Assembly (NCBI GenBank): GCA_903933735.1
Contig: CAIZLB010000052.1
Span: 1 to 46,196 of the forward strand
DNA from: an uncultured bacterium
Lineage (GTDB): Bacteria; Patescibacteriota; Minisyncoccia; Phycocordibacterales; CAIZLB01
Length of the DNA: 46,196 nt
Direction of reading: 5' to 3'
The position numbers were made by a program, and so were the translations under genes. A model generated the notes under the pieces. It was not told where the DNA came from, ran no database searches, and saw only the letters and a list, made by a program, of their open reading frames with translations. The first letter of the stretch is position 1; each line of letters opens with the position of its first letter. Below, piece after piece: positions 1 through 7,940 of this stretch.

Positions 1-234
1 CCCTCCACCATTTATGGTGACATCATTAGATGATATTGTTAAACATGTTGATGTACCATTACCACTTATGTCACTTGTTAATGTGTATGTACCACCTATT
101 GCTATCTCTCCACAGGTGTTTATGTTACCAGGTAGGAGTACGTCGGCGTGGGTTGTTGTTGGTGAGAGAAGTGTTATTGAAAGTATGATTATACTGAAAA
201 AAGTTGTGAGGTTTTTTAGGTTTGATTTCAGCAT
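1..234 (-). CDS. secreted parallel beta-helix (NosD/pectate-lyase-like) protein, N-terminal fragment running off the left edge
   Basis: A minus-strand ATG at 234 opens a frame that stays open to base 1: MLKSNLKNLTTFFSIIILSITLLSPTTTHA/DVLLPGNINTCGEIAIGGTYTLTSDISGNGTSTCLTISSNDVTINGGG. It shows a signal peptide followed by the CG..I....YTLT....C..I....VTI.G pattern typical of beta-helix protein starts. It is missing from the ORF track because the window edge truncates it. The plus ORF 14..241 is its antisense shadow. Confidence 0.5.
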   Translation of the reverse strand, partial: MLKSNLKNLTTFFSIIILSITLLSPTTTHADVLLPGNINTCGEIAIGGTYTLTSDISGNGTSTCLTISSNDVTINGGG

Positions 235-288
235 AATATGATTATATTTTATCATTTTTTTTAGATAAAATACAATAAAAAGTACACC

Positions 289-951
289 TTAATCACTCAA
301 CAACCACCTCTCCAAACCATTCCACATATCTTCCTCCCCTGCGTGCCCATCATGATACACATTCAAAAGATATTTCATGTTTTTCATATCACGTGAAGCA
401 AACTTTTTATACCTCCACCACAAAATTCCAAAGAATTCTTCTGGAACAGCCCCTCTTTGTCTTATATCATCTATCTGATTTATTATACTAATCTTATCAT
501 TGTTATTTTTTATTTTTTTTGATTTAAAAGTAACAATACTTGTGGCAAGATTGAATAATTTGTTTGACTCATTTTCTTTTATAATAGACTTTGTTTTATA
601 CTCTTTTATATTTATATCTTTATGAGACAATATCTTGTCCAAGTATTTATCATCAATTTCATTTTCAATGATGATATACAAATGATTTGAATTTATAAAA
701 TTATCAAGGTTATTTAAGACATAATCCCTAACCTCTTTTTTTGCTTCTATAAAGTTTTTAAAGACAAATATATGTTTATCAAAAAAAAGCCCTTGAGCTG
801 ATTGCTGTATATCTATGTTTTCTTTATTGAAAAAATCTGCATAAAAATAAAACACTTGAGCAAATTCCCTTTTAGTCTTCATAGCTTCAATCATCTTTTG
901 TGATCCTGCTATGATTTTTTTTATATCATTACCGTAATATATGTATAACAT
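289..951 (-). CDS. holA: DNA polymerase III delta subunit-like (short HolA-like) protein
   Basis: This is a 220-aa ORF. The N-terminus MLYIYYGND, the block LFFDKHIFVFKNF and a helical C-terminus resemble short HolA proteins. It lies directly downstream of polA on the same strand. The assignment is by eye only. Confidence 0.4.
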   Translation of the reverse strand: MLYIYYGNDIKKIIAGSQKMIEAMKTKREFAQVFYFYADFFNKENIDIQQSAQGLFFDKHIFVFKNFIEAKKEVRDYVLNNLDNFINSNHLYIIIENEIDDKYLDKILSHKDINIKEYKTKSIIKENESNKLFNLATSIVTFKSKKIKNNNDKISIINQIDDIRQRGAVPEEFFGILWWRYKKFASRDMKNMKYLLNVYHDGHAGEEDMWNGLERWLLSD

Positions 952-972
952 TATTTTTTATTTGATTTTATA

Positions 973-3360
973 TTACCATCTATCTGCAATCTTTACATTA
1001 GTCAATATAGGAACTTCTGTTTCAATATTCCAAGATTTCAAAACATTTTCCATAATATTTTGTATATCTTTTATATATTGTTCTTTTCCCTTTTTGATTT
1101 CAAACAATAATTCATCATGTATAGGGGCCAGCATCTTCATATCATCATTCAACTTATTATCTTCTATATATTTTTCTATCTCGACCATGGCAAGCTTTAT
1201 CATGTCAGCATTTGTTCCCTGTATCGGTGCATTCAAAGCCATGCGTTCACCTGATGATTTTATAAAAGGTATGCTTGACTTTAATTCTGGAAAATATCGG
1301 CGGCGACCAAATAGAGTTTTTGTATAACCTATTCTCTCAGCATCAATTTTGCATTGCTGTAGATAATTTGCCAATTCTTTAAAAGTGGAATAATAAGACA
1401 TATAAAATTCTTGAGCTTCACTTTGAGAAACGTTTATTGATTTTCCAAGAGCTTGTACACCCATACCATAAAGTATGCCGAAGTTTATAGCTTTAGCATG
1501 TCGCCTCATATCAGGAGTTACCTGATCAAGACTGTCGAGTTTATAAACTTGCTTCGCCACACCAGTATGTATATCTTCTTTATTTTTGAAAATGTCACCC
1601 ATCGTTTTATCACCTGATAATATTGTAGCGATGCGAAGTTCTATCTGAGAATAATCAATAGAAACAAAATCATAGCCTTTCTCAGCAATGAAAGCTGATC
1701 TTATAGCCCTGCCTAGATCTGTTTTGATAGGGATATTTTGCATACTTGGATTGGCTGAAGCCATACGCCCTGTTACCGCCCCGATCTGTATAAAATCAGG
1801 ATGTATTCTGTTGTCTTTTTCATCTTTAGCGATCTGCAATATAACATCTATATAAGTTGTCAAAAGTTTTGAATATTCACGATGCTCTAATATCTTAGAT
1901 ATTATTGGATGTAAATCAATCATCTTATCTAACTCTGACTCTTTAGTTGACCTTGCCCCTGCTCCCGTTTTTTTTATTCTTATCTTTGAGCCTTTTGTAA
2001 TATCAAGTTTATCATACAATATTTCACCTAATTGTTTTGGTGATGATATATTAAATTCTTCCCCTGCCAATTCATATATTTCTTTTTTTAAATTATCCAG
2101 ATATTTTTGATATTCATGAGATAGATTTTCTAGATATTTTACATCAACTTTTATACCCGTTTTTTTCATCTTCTGTAAAATAGGCATAAGTGGTTTTTCT
2201 ATTTTTTCATATAATTCCAAAACCCCTTCTTCTTTCAAATATTGATCTAGAGATTTGTGTTTATCAAAATTATTTTCAACATCTATTCTAGTTGGATTTA
2301 AAAGATGTGATCTTAGTAGAGAAACTTTTATTTTACCTTCTTCTGTTAAAGGTGTTTTATCTTCAACACCCCAAGTATCATCAACAATTTTAACTGGCTT
2401 ATTTCCTTTTTGTATTTCTATAACCCTTTCTAGTTTTCCTCTAATACTTTTTAGTTCATATCTTTCTATAAGTTTATTGAAAGCTTCAATATCAGCGCAT
2501 TCATACCAAGGTTCCTTTTGAACAAGATCAAAATCAATAGGAGCGTCCAGCCTTATAGTTGCCAAAGCTTTTGAGAAAATAGCATCGTCTTTATGTTGTA
2601 CAAGTAGGCCGTAGAATCTTTCTGAGATTCCAGCTTTTTTATATCGAGCATCAGTTTTAGAAAATGGATTTGCCTCAATGTATTCATACATATTTTCTAT
2701 ACTTTCAAATTCTTGTATAATAGTTGTTGCAGTTTTCTCTCCAACACCCGGAACACCTATGATGTTATCTGATGCATCACCTCTTAATCCTTTATAGTCG
2801 ATAAGTTGCATAGGCTTCATACCATACTTCTTTATAACAGCTTCTTCATTGTAGATGATGGTATCATTTAAACCTTTTTTCAAAGTATAAACTAAAACTT
2901 GATCTCCTTTTATAAGTTGCATAGTGTCCATATCTCCTGAGGCAATGATGACAGTATATTCTTCATCTTGATTATGTCCATCGGCGGTAACTTTATGAAC
3001 TATAGTTCCTAATATATCGTCAGCCTCAAATCCTGGTTTGTCATACATCGGTATACATAAGTCTTTGAAAATTTCTCTTGAGGATTTTATCTGAGTTATA
3101 AGATCATCATCACTTTTTTTTCTATTACCTTTATAGGCTTCATAAATCTCATGTCTATATGTAGGATGTGGCAAATCATAACAGGCTATGACAGCATCGG
3201 GTTTATATCTTTCAAGTATTCCAAAAAGCATGTTTATAATGCCAAATAAAGCTCCAGTTGGTACACCTTGAGAATTTCTAAAGTCAGGTACAGCATGGTA
3301 GGCACGATGTATTATGGCGTGTGAATCAAGAAGGAGTAATGTTTTTTGTTTAGAAGACAT
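973..3360 (-). CDS. polA: DNA polymerase I (5'-3' exonuclease plus polymerase domains; 3'-5' exonuclease region vestigial)
   Basis: The track ORF is 973..3570. The conserved 5'-nuclease N-terminus MSSKQKTLLLLDSHAIIHRAYHA begins at Met71 (ATG at 3360), with TATAAT 6 nt upstream. The H3TH motif GVPGVGEKTA is present. Polymerase motifs are A (DYSQIELR), B (RRHAKAINFGILYG) and C (PIHDEL). Confidence 0.9.
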   Translation of the reverse strand: MSSKQKTLLLLDSHAIIHRAYHAVPDFRNSQGVPTGALFGIINMLFGILERYKPDAVIACYDLPHPTYRHEIYEAYKGNRKKSDDDLITQIKSSREIFKDLCIPMYDKPGFEADDILGTIVHKVTADGHNQDEEYTVIIASGDMDTMQLIKGDQVLVYTLKKGLNDTIIYNEEAVIKKYGMKPMQLIDYKGLRGDASDNIIGVPGVGEKTATTIIQEFESIENMYEYIEANPFSKTDARYKKAGISERFYGLLVQHKDDAIFSKALATIRLDAPIDFDLVQKEPWYECADIEAFNKLIERYELKSIRGKLERVIEIQKGNKPVKIVDDTWGVEDKTPLTEEGKIKVSLLRSHLLNPTRIDVENNFDKHKSLDQYLKEEGVLELYEKIEKPLMPILQKMKKTGIKVDVKYLENLSHEYQKYLDNLKKEIYELAGEEFNISSPKQLGEILYDKLDITKGSKIRIKKTGAGARSTKESELDKMIDLHPIISKILEHREYSKLLTTYIDVILQIAKDEKDNRIHPDFIQIGAVTGRMASANPSMQNIPIKTDLGRAIRSAFIAEKGYDFVSIDYSQIELRIATILSGDKTMGDIFKNKEDIHTGVAKQVYKLDSLDQVTPDMRRHAKAINFGILYGMGVQALGKSINVSQSEAQEFYMSYYSTFKELANYLQQCKIDAERIGYTKTLFGRRRYFPELKSSIPFIKSSGERMALNAPIQGTNADMIKLAMVEIEKYIEDNKLNDDMKMLAPIHDELLFEIKKGKEQYIKDIQNIMENVLKSWNIETEVPILTNVKIADRW

Positions 3361-3417
3361 GGGTTTATTATAGCAAATATGCAGGGTTTGTATGGGGTTT
3401 TCGGGTTTAGAGTGTGC

Positions 3418-3446
3418 TTGACTTTCACCTTGTATTATGTTAATAT
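3418..3446 (+). promoter_or_regulatory. sigma70-like promoter (TTGACT, 17-nt spacer, TAATAT), copy A of a duplicated module
   Basis: TTGACT lies at 3418-3423 and TAATAT at 3441-3446. The same architecture occurs in inverted orientation at 7316-7344. Confidence 0.55.
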
Positions 3447-3454
3447 ATAAGGGT

Positions 3455-3487
3455 GTTCGATACAGAGTCGAACGAGAACCTAACCAA
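3455..3487 (+). promoter_or_regulatory. conserved 5' UTR element with a 5'-proximal hairpin (copy A)
   Basis: The sequence GTTCGATACAGAGTCGAACGAGAACCTAACCAA matches the reverse complement of 7275-7307 at 32 of 33 positions. A GUUCG(N9)CGAAC stem is possible. Confidence 0.5.
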
Positions 3488-3502
3488 AACAACAACACAG
3501 TT

Positions 3503-3901
3503 ATGAAAACCAGAACATTCGCACTCACCGTAATCACCTGCTTTCTCGGAATCGCCACCTTTTTACTCATCAGTGGGGCTAATAAAGGTATCGGTATCGT
3601 CGGGGCGTGTACGGAAGTGGCGATCTATAAGTCACACCACAAGCCCACCCCTGGTTGGTACTACTCGGTAGAGGAAACCTCAACTGAGAGTGGAAAGACT
3701 TTTGTCATCGGGACCAACGTCCGACCCCAGGTCGGTGGCACCGTCACCAAGAACGGCAAGATGATCGAGATCGAGGTTCCGTCTAAAAAAGCGGGTGCCC
3801 TCAAAGGCGCTTATTGCATCGTTCGCAATGTTAGCGGCGTGCCAACAACCGTCTATTTCTTGGATGAGAAGACATTAGTCCTGGACGCCCTCCAGAACTG
3901 A
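3503..3901 (+). CDS. small secreted or membrane-anchored hypothetical protein (GC-richer cassette)
   Basis: The internal Met of ORF 3437..3901 gives MKTRTFALTVITCFLGIATFLLISGANKG, a signal-peptide or anchor sequence. The promoter and UTR module lies directly upstream and an intrinsic terminator lies downstream. By eye the gene is GC-richer than its neighbours. Confidence 0.6.
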   Translation: MKTRTFALTVITCFLGIATFLLISGANKGIGIVGACTEVAIYKSHHKPTPGWYYSVEETSTESGKTFVIGTNVRPQVGGTVTKNGKMIEIEVPSKKAGALKGAYCIVRNVSGVPTTVYFLDEKTLVLDALQN

Positions 3902-3930
3902 CCACCAACCCATCATCACCCTCAACCCTT

Positions 3931-3967
3931 CCCGCAAAGCCCTAACCGGCGATGCGGGAAATTTTTT
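3931..3967 (+). terminator. intrinsic terminator
   Basis: The stem CCCGCA...TGCGGG is followed by AAATTTTTT. Confidence 0.6.
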
Positions 3968-3971
3968 ATAT

Positions 3972-4005
3972 AAAAAAACCAAGGTGACTGACGCGTCGAC
4001 CTTGG
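3972..4005 (-). terminator. intrinsic terminator for the 4035..4418 gene
   Basis: On the minus strand, CCAAGGT(N13)ACCTTGG is followed by TTTTTTT. Confidence 0.6.
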
Positions 4006-4034
4006 TCATGGAGAAATTGAAATTGATTTTCAGA

Positions 4035-4418
4035 TTAATCACCCGGCTCCCATTCAGGATTATTCATCCGGGACAACAATTGTCGTGTGTCGAATTGTTC
4101 ATCATTTAAACAAAAGAAGAGACTGGGGATGATTTCTTTACGCCAGCATCCCAAAGATTGACAGATTTGCGCACACATACTTATTTTCCCCTCAATAATA
4201 ATATCAGGTAAACCCTGATTCCACCCGATCCATATTTCACAATCTTTGGTGATAACAAGAATAAATTCCTTGTATACACACCATGAACCATTAAACAGTG
4301 CTTGATTAACTATTCGACAAACCCTACCCCCCTGAACATGTCCCAAGAGAGTCAATCCATCAACCCTGATAAAACTCAAGGCTCCTAACATAATTGCGGC
4401 ATCTTTCGGTGTTTTCAT
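4035..4418 (-). CDS. hypothetical cytoplasmic protein (GC-richer cassette)
   Basis: The track ORF is 4035..4472, but the secF terminator hairpin occupies 4449-4483. The start MKTPKDAAIMLG at 4418 is therefore more likely. No family was recognised. Confidence 0.5.
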   Translation of the reverse strand: MKTPKDAAIMLGALSFIRVDGLTLLGHVQGGRVCRIVNQALFNGSWCVYKEFILVITKDCEIWIGWNQGLPDIIIEGKISMCAQICQSLGCWRKEIIPSLFFCLNDEQFDTRQLLSRMNNPEWEPGD

Positions 4419-4448
4419 AAGTAAGTTTCTACATTTCCAATATAACAT

Positions 4449-4483
4449 AAAAAAACGGGACCGCAACAACATGTATGCGATCC
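4449..4483 (-). terminator. intrinsic terminator after secF
   Basis: On the minus strand, GGAUCGCA(N10)UGCGGUCC (one G-U pair) is followed, after one C, by a run of seven U (CGUUUUUUU). Confidence 0.55.
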
Positions 4484-4504
4484 TGATTTTTTGAGTTTTA
4501 TATG

Positions 4505-5401
4505 TTATTTCTTTTTTGTAAGTCTCGCCATAGTAACCAAAAGATTTGATCCTATAAATATAGAAGAATATGTACCTGCTGCTATACCAACAATAAGAAC
4601 TAGAGCAAAGTTACGAGTTGTATCAGGTCCCCATACATAAACAGCAACAAGTGCAAGTATTGTAGTTAGAGAAGTATTGATAGATCTTATAAATGTTTCA
4701 GAAACTGATTTACCGACTATATTTTCAAAGTTTTTATCTTTACTTATGCGAAGATTCTCACGTACACGGTCGAAAACAACAATAGTATCGTGTATAGAAA
4801 AACCAAGAACAACAAGAAGTGCTGTTATAAACAAAGCGTCAACTTCATATATACCAACAAAATGATTCATGATTGAAAAGAATCCAATGGGTATAATAAC
4901 ATCGTGGAACAATGCAATGATGGCCGCAAAACCATATTTCCAAGATGGAATAGGATAAGATATTTGTCTAAAGGCAAAAGTTATGAATAGAACTATAGCA
5001 AGTAAAACTAATATAATAGACGTGATTGATTTCTGTTTCAATTCAGCGCCAAGTGTAGGGCCGATAAAATCTATTCTTGATACTTGATGTGTTGGAAGTA
5101 TTGAGGCCAACTTATTATTCAATTCGACATCTTGATTATTTGCAATCTCTTTAGTTTTTATAATAAAACCATTTTCACCATAAGGACGAACTACGGCATC
5201 TTTAAAGTTCTGATCTAAGACTTTTTTAGCATCAATCTGAGAGACTACAGTTGATGTTGATATTGGTTGTATCTCTATACTTGATCCACCTGTAAAATCT
5301 ATACCGTAATTCAATCCCCAACTAAAGTATGAGAATATAGAAACACCGATTAGTATTATTGATAATATGTAGAATATGATTCTGTTTTTAACTATAAACA
5401 T
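4505..5401 (-). CDS. secF: protein translocase subunit SecF
   Basis: The motif GIDFTGGSSIEI and a six-TM layout are present. It lies immediately downstream of secD. Confidence 0.9.
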   Translation of the reverse strand: MFIVKNRIIFYILSIILIGVSIFSYFSWGLNYGIDFTGGSSIEIQPISTSTVVSQIDAKKVLDQNFKDAVVRPYGENGFIIKTKEIANNQDVELNNKLASILPTHQVSRIDFIGPTLGAELKQKSITSIILVLLAIVLFITFAFRQISYPIPSWKYGFAAIIALFHDVIIPIGFFSIMNHFVGIYEVDALFITALLVVLGFSIHDTIVVFDRVRENLRISKDKNFENIVGKSVSETFIRSINTSLTTILALVAVYVWGPDTTRNFALVLIVGIAAGTYSSIFIGSNLLVTMARLTKKK

Positions 5402-5415
5402 ATATTTTTATTTAA

Positions 5416-6651
5416 TTATTTATTTTTCTTAGACACAGCTAATAATAGATTTTTAGAAACGGTGATAGATGTAAACATCGATATAGCAACACCTATGAAG
5501 AATACTAGAGCAAATCCTTTTATAAGTGGTGAGGCAGCAAAAGTATAAAGTATAAATGCTGTGATCATACTTGAGATATTACTATCTCTGATAGAAGGCC
5601 AAGCTCTTCTAAAACCTTCTTCAAGTGCATCAAATCTAGTCTTACCACGCTTTAATTCCTCTCTCATTCTTTCGAATATCAAGATGTTACCATCAACGGC
5701 CATACCTATAGAGATTATGAAAGCGGCTAATCCGGCCGATGTTAAAACTATTCCAAAAAACTTGAATACGAATAAGTTTAATATGGTATACACAATCAAT
5801 GCAATAGCCGCTATAAAGCCTCTAAATCTGTACCAAAGTATTAAGAATATTGAAACTATTATAAAACCATATACACCTGCATTGATACTTTTATGTAGAG
5901 CGTCTATTCCAAGTGAAGCTCCGATAGTTTGTGTACCTATAAGTTCTATAGTAACAGGTAGAGCACCGTATTTCAAACCCCTTGCTAAATCATTGGCTTC
6001 TTGTATAGAAAATGATCCTGTTATCTGAGCTTGTCCACCAACTATCTCAGCTTGTATTATTGGTGCAGATATAACTTGACCATCTAGAGAGATCGCCAAA
6101 GGTTTACCTATGTTATTTTTAGTGATATCTGCAAATAATTTTGCACCTTCATCATTAAAGACTAGACCTATCTGAGGTTTATTGGTTCTACCATCATATT
6201 CAACACGTGCAGTCTTGATATATTTACCAGTTAATTCTGTTGGAAATAATTCTGTTGTAGTACCAGTACTTGTTCCCACTGTTCCATACATCTCTTCAAC
6301 TAAAGAGAATTCTAGTACAGGAGTTTTACCGATAAGATCTATAGCTTTTTGTGTATCGTTTATACCAGGAAGTTCAACTATCAACTTGTCCATCCCTTCT
6401 GTTTGAACTATAGGTTCAGAAACACCGAAAGCGTTGACACGTGCCTCGATAACATTTTTCAAAGTTTCCATTGATGCTCCTACATCTTCTTTGGCAATCT
6501 TTGAAGTGTCAGCCTTGTAAACTAGATGTATTCCACCGTTTAGGTCCAGTCCAAGTTTAAAAGGTTTAGTTTGATAAGTATTTTTTAAATATAGGCCCAA
6601 AAGTCCTGCGACTATGATGATGATTATGGCCCAAAGTCTTGTTCTTGTCAT
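5416..6651 (-). CDS. secD: protein translocase subunit SecD
   Basis: The motif LGLDLNGGIHLVY, a periplasmic domain and a C-terminal TM bundle are present. TATAAT lies 10 nt upstream of the ATG. Confidence 0.9.
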   Translation of the reverse strand: MTRTRLWAIIIIIVAGLLGLYLKNTYQTKPFKLGLDLNGGIHLVYKADTSKIAKEDVGASMETLKNVIEARVNAFGVSEPIVQTEGMDKLIVELPGINDTQKAIDLIGKTPVLEFSLVEEMYGTVGTSTGTTTELFPTELTGKYIKTARVEYDGRTNKPQIGLVFNDEGAKLFADITKNNIGKPLAISLDGQVISAPIIQAEIVGGQAQITGSFSIQEANDLARGLKYGALPVTIELIGTQTIGASLGIDALHKSINAGVYGFIIVSIFLILWYRFRGFIAAIALIVYTILNLFVFKFFGIVLTSAGLAAFIISIGMAVDGNILIFERMREELKRGKTRFDALEEGFRRAWPSIRDSNISSMITAFILYTFAASPLIKGFALVFFIGVAISMFTSITVSKNLLLAVSKKNK

Positions 6652-6709
6652 ATAAGGTTGTATTATACAGATTTTTAAGAATTTGGGTAGGGGTTAAAGT
6701 GGATTATAG

Positions 6710-6740
6710 AAAAAGCCGGCCTCGCGTGAACGAGACCGAC
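6710..6740 (-). terminator. intrinsic terminator for the 6765..7256 gene
   Basis: On the minus strand, GUCGGUCUCG(uucacg)CGAGGCCGGC is followed by UUUUU. Confidence 0.55.
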
Positions 6741-6764
6741 TGGAGTTAAAACTTGTGAACTATA

Positions 6765-7256
6765 TCATACCTGATCAGGAGTCACCTCTTCAAACACGAC
6801 TAGGAAGGAAAAACCTTTCGGCCAACCGTCTGCACGATTGCCAAGTCGCAGCTCTCGTTTTGAAGCGGTATTATTACGATATGCGGAGTAGTGTCTCCTA
6901 CCGACGACTATCACCTCATCCAGTGCTACCAAAATAATATTTCCTAATGAGTCCGCAAAGGAGACTTCGTAAGCACTCAACTCTTCGATCGTCGCTGGAC
7001 GACCTTGAAAGGTTTTTCCCTCGATAATTGCCGTCATGGATTTCATCTGATTTTCAGCCTCCTGGCATGATATGTCGGTATCAGGTGACCAAACCCCCAT
7101 ATGACGACAACCAGGATTTTGAATTAAATCTTCTGCCAGCATAATATACCGGTTAACGTAATCATATTCCGCTTGATCGATGGATCGTAGGATTGGTTGA
7201 TTTAAAACGATGATCTGTTGCGTATCGATCTGCTGTATATCTAATGACGTACTCAT
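6765..7256 (-). CDS. hypothetical protein (GC-richer cassette)
   Basis: This 163-aa ORF is preceded by copy B of the promoter and UTR module and followed by a terminator. No family was recognised. Confidence 0.55.
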   Translation of the reverse strand: MSTSLDIQQIDTQQIIVLNQPILRSIDQAEYDYVNRYIMLAEDLIQNPGCRHMGVWSPDTDISCQEAENQMKSMTAIIEGKTFQGRPATIEELSAYEVSFADSLGNIILVALDEVIVVGRRHYSAYRNNTASKRELRLGNRADGWPKGFSFLVVFEEVTPDQV

Positions 7257-7274
7257 GAATTAATTATAGTTTTG

Positions 7275-7344
7275 TTGGTTAGGTTCTCGTCCGACTCTGT
7301 ATCGAACATCTGTATAAACTAACATAATATAACACAAAAGTCAA
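7275..7344 (-). promoter_or_regulatory. promoter plus conserved 5' UTR element (copy B, inverted relative to copy A)
   Basis: On the minus strand: TTGACT (7344-7339), 17-nt spacer, TAGTTT (7321-7316), 8 nt, then GTTCGATACAGAGTCGGACGAGAACCTAACCAA (7307-7275). The spacing is identical to copy A. Confidence 0.5.
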
Positions 7345-7374
7345 CCCCTAGTAACAGGTCAGCACCTTGGAATC

Positions 7375-7408
7375 AAAAAAACTGACCTCCCCATTCCGAG
7401 GAAGCCAG
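7375..7408 (-). terminator. intrinsic terminator for the 7437..7880 gene
   Basis: On the minus strand, CUGGCUUCC(N9)GGAGGUCAG (with G-U pairs) is followed by UUUUUUU. Confidence 0.45.
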
Positions 7409-7436
7409 TGTAAATAAATCAATAAATCTTACCGAC

Positions 7437-7880
7437 TCAACGTTGCAAAACAATGAAGGCATCGTCCTCAGAGAGCCTACCTTTCAAACGGAAAAATCCG
7501 ATATAGACCTGAGCCGTTGACTCATCATCCGAACCGATATATCGACAATCTAGATATGGTGCCACACTGTCACCATCATGATGAACCACAATACCCTTAA
7601 GACCGAAGACGCGTCTACCTATCCAAGACTCGGGAATATCCTGTTGACTATTGAAGTAGTGCGTCAAAGTAGGCAAGCCGACCGCATCTGAAATGACATC
7701 AACATTAGACATTTCTTGATACATATCATTTGCAGTAAAACCCATTCTGGAACTAGACCATATTTCAAAACTCCCGTGTATTACCGGACTAACTTCAAAT
7801 AGTTTACCGTCCAGCGGCTTAACGTGGCACACTGGATAACCTAGTGATTTTAAATCAATTGCTGTTGGTGTTTGTTGCAT
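7437..7880 (-). CDS. hypothetical protein (GC-richer cassette)
   Basis: The track ORF is 7437..7931. The start MQQTPTAIDL at 7880 sits behind a TTGACT promoter-like region related to copies A and B. No family was recognised. Confidence 0.5.
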   Translation of the reverse strand: MQQTPTAIDLKSLGYPVCHVKPLDGKLFEVSPVIHGSFEIWSSSRMGFTANDMYQEMSNVDVISDAVGLPTLTHYFNSQQDIPESWIGRRVFGLKGIVVHHDGDSVAPYLDCRYIGSDDESTAQVYIGFFRLKGRLSEDDAFIVLQR

Positions 7881-7940
7881 TTGTGTAAAGTTTGACCATA
7901 ATACAATATTATAGTTAAGGTGGTAAGTCAATGTATTTTA

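Noticed and set aside
3455-3480. A tRNA-like T-arm (GGTGTTCGATAC...) in the conserved UTR element
   Set aside because: Only a GTTCGA-like pentamer is present. There is no acceptor, D or anticodon arm geometry, and the second copy sits in the same mRNA-leader context.
3361-3570. A 70-aa N-terminal extension of polA (MSKKVAIPRKQ...)
   Set aside because: The conserved 5'-nuclease N-terminus begins at Met71. The extension also overlaps the promoter, UTR and start of the divergent plus-strand gene (3418-3570), and a TATAAT sits 6 nt upstream of the ATG at 3360.
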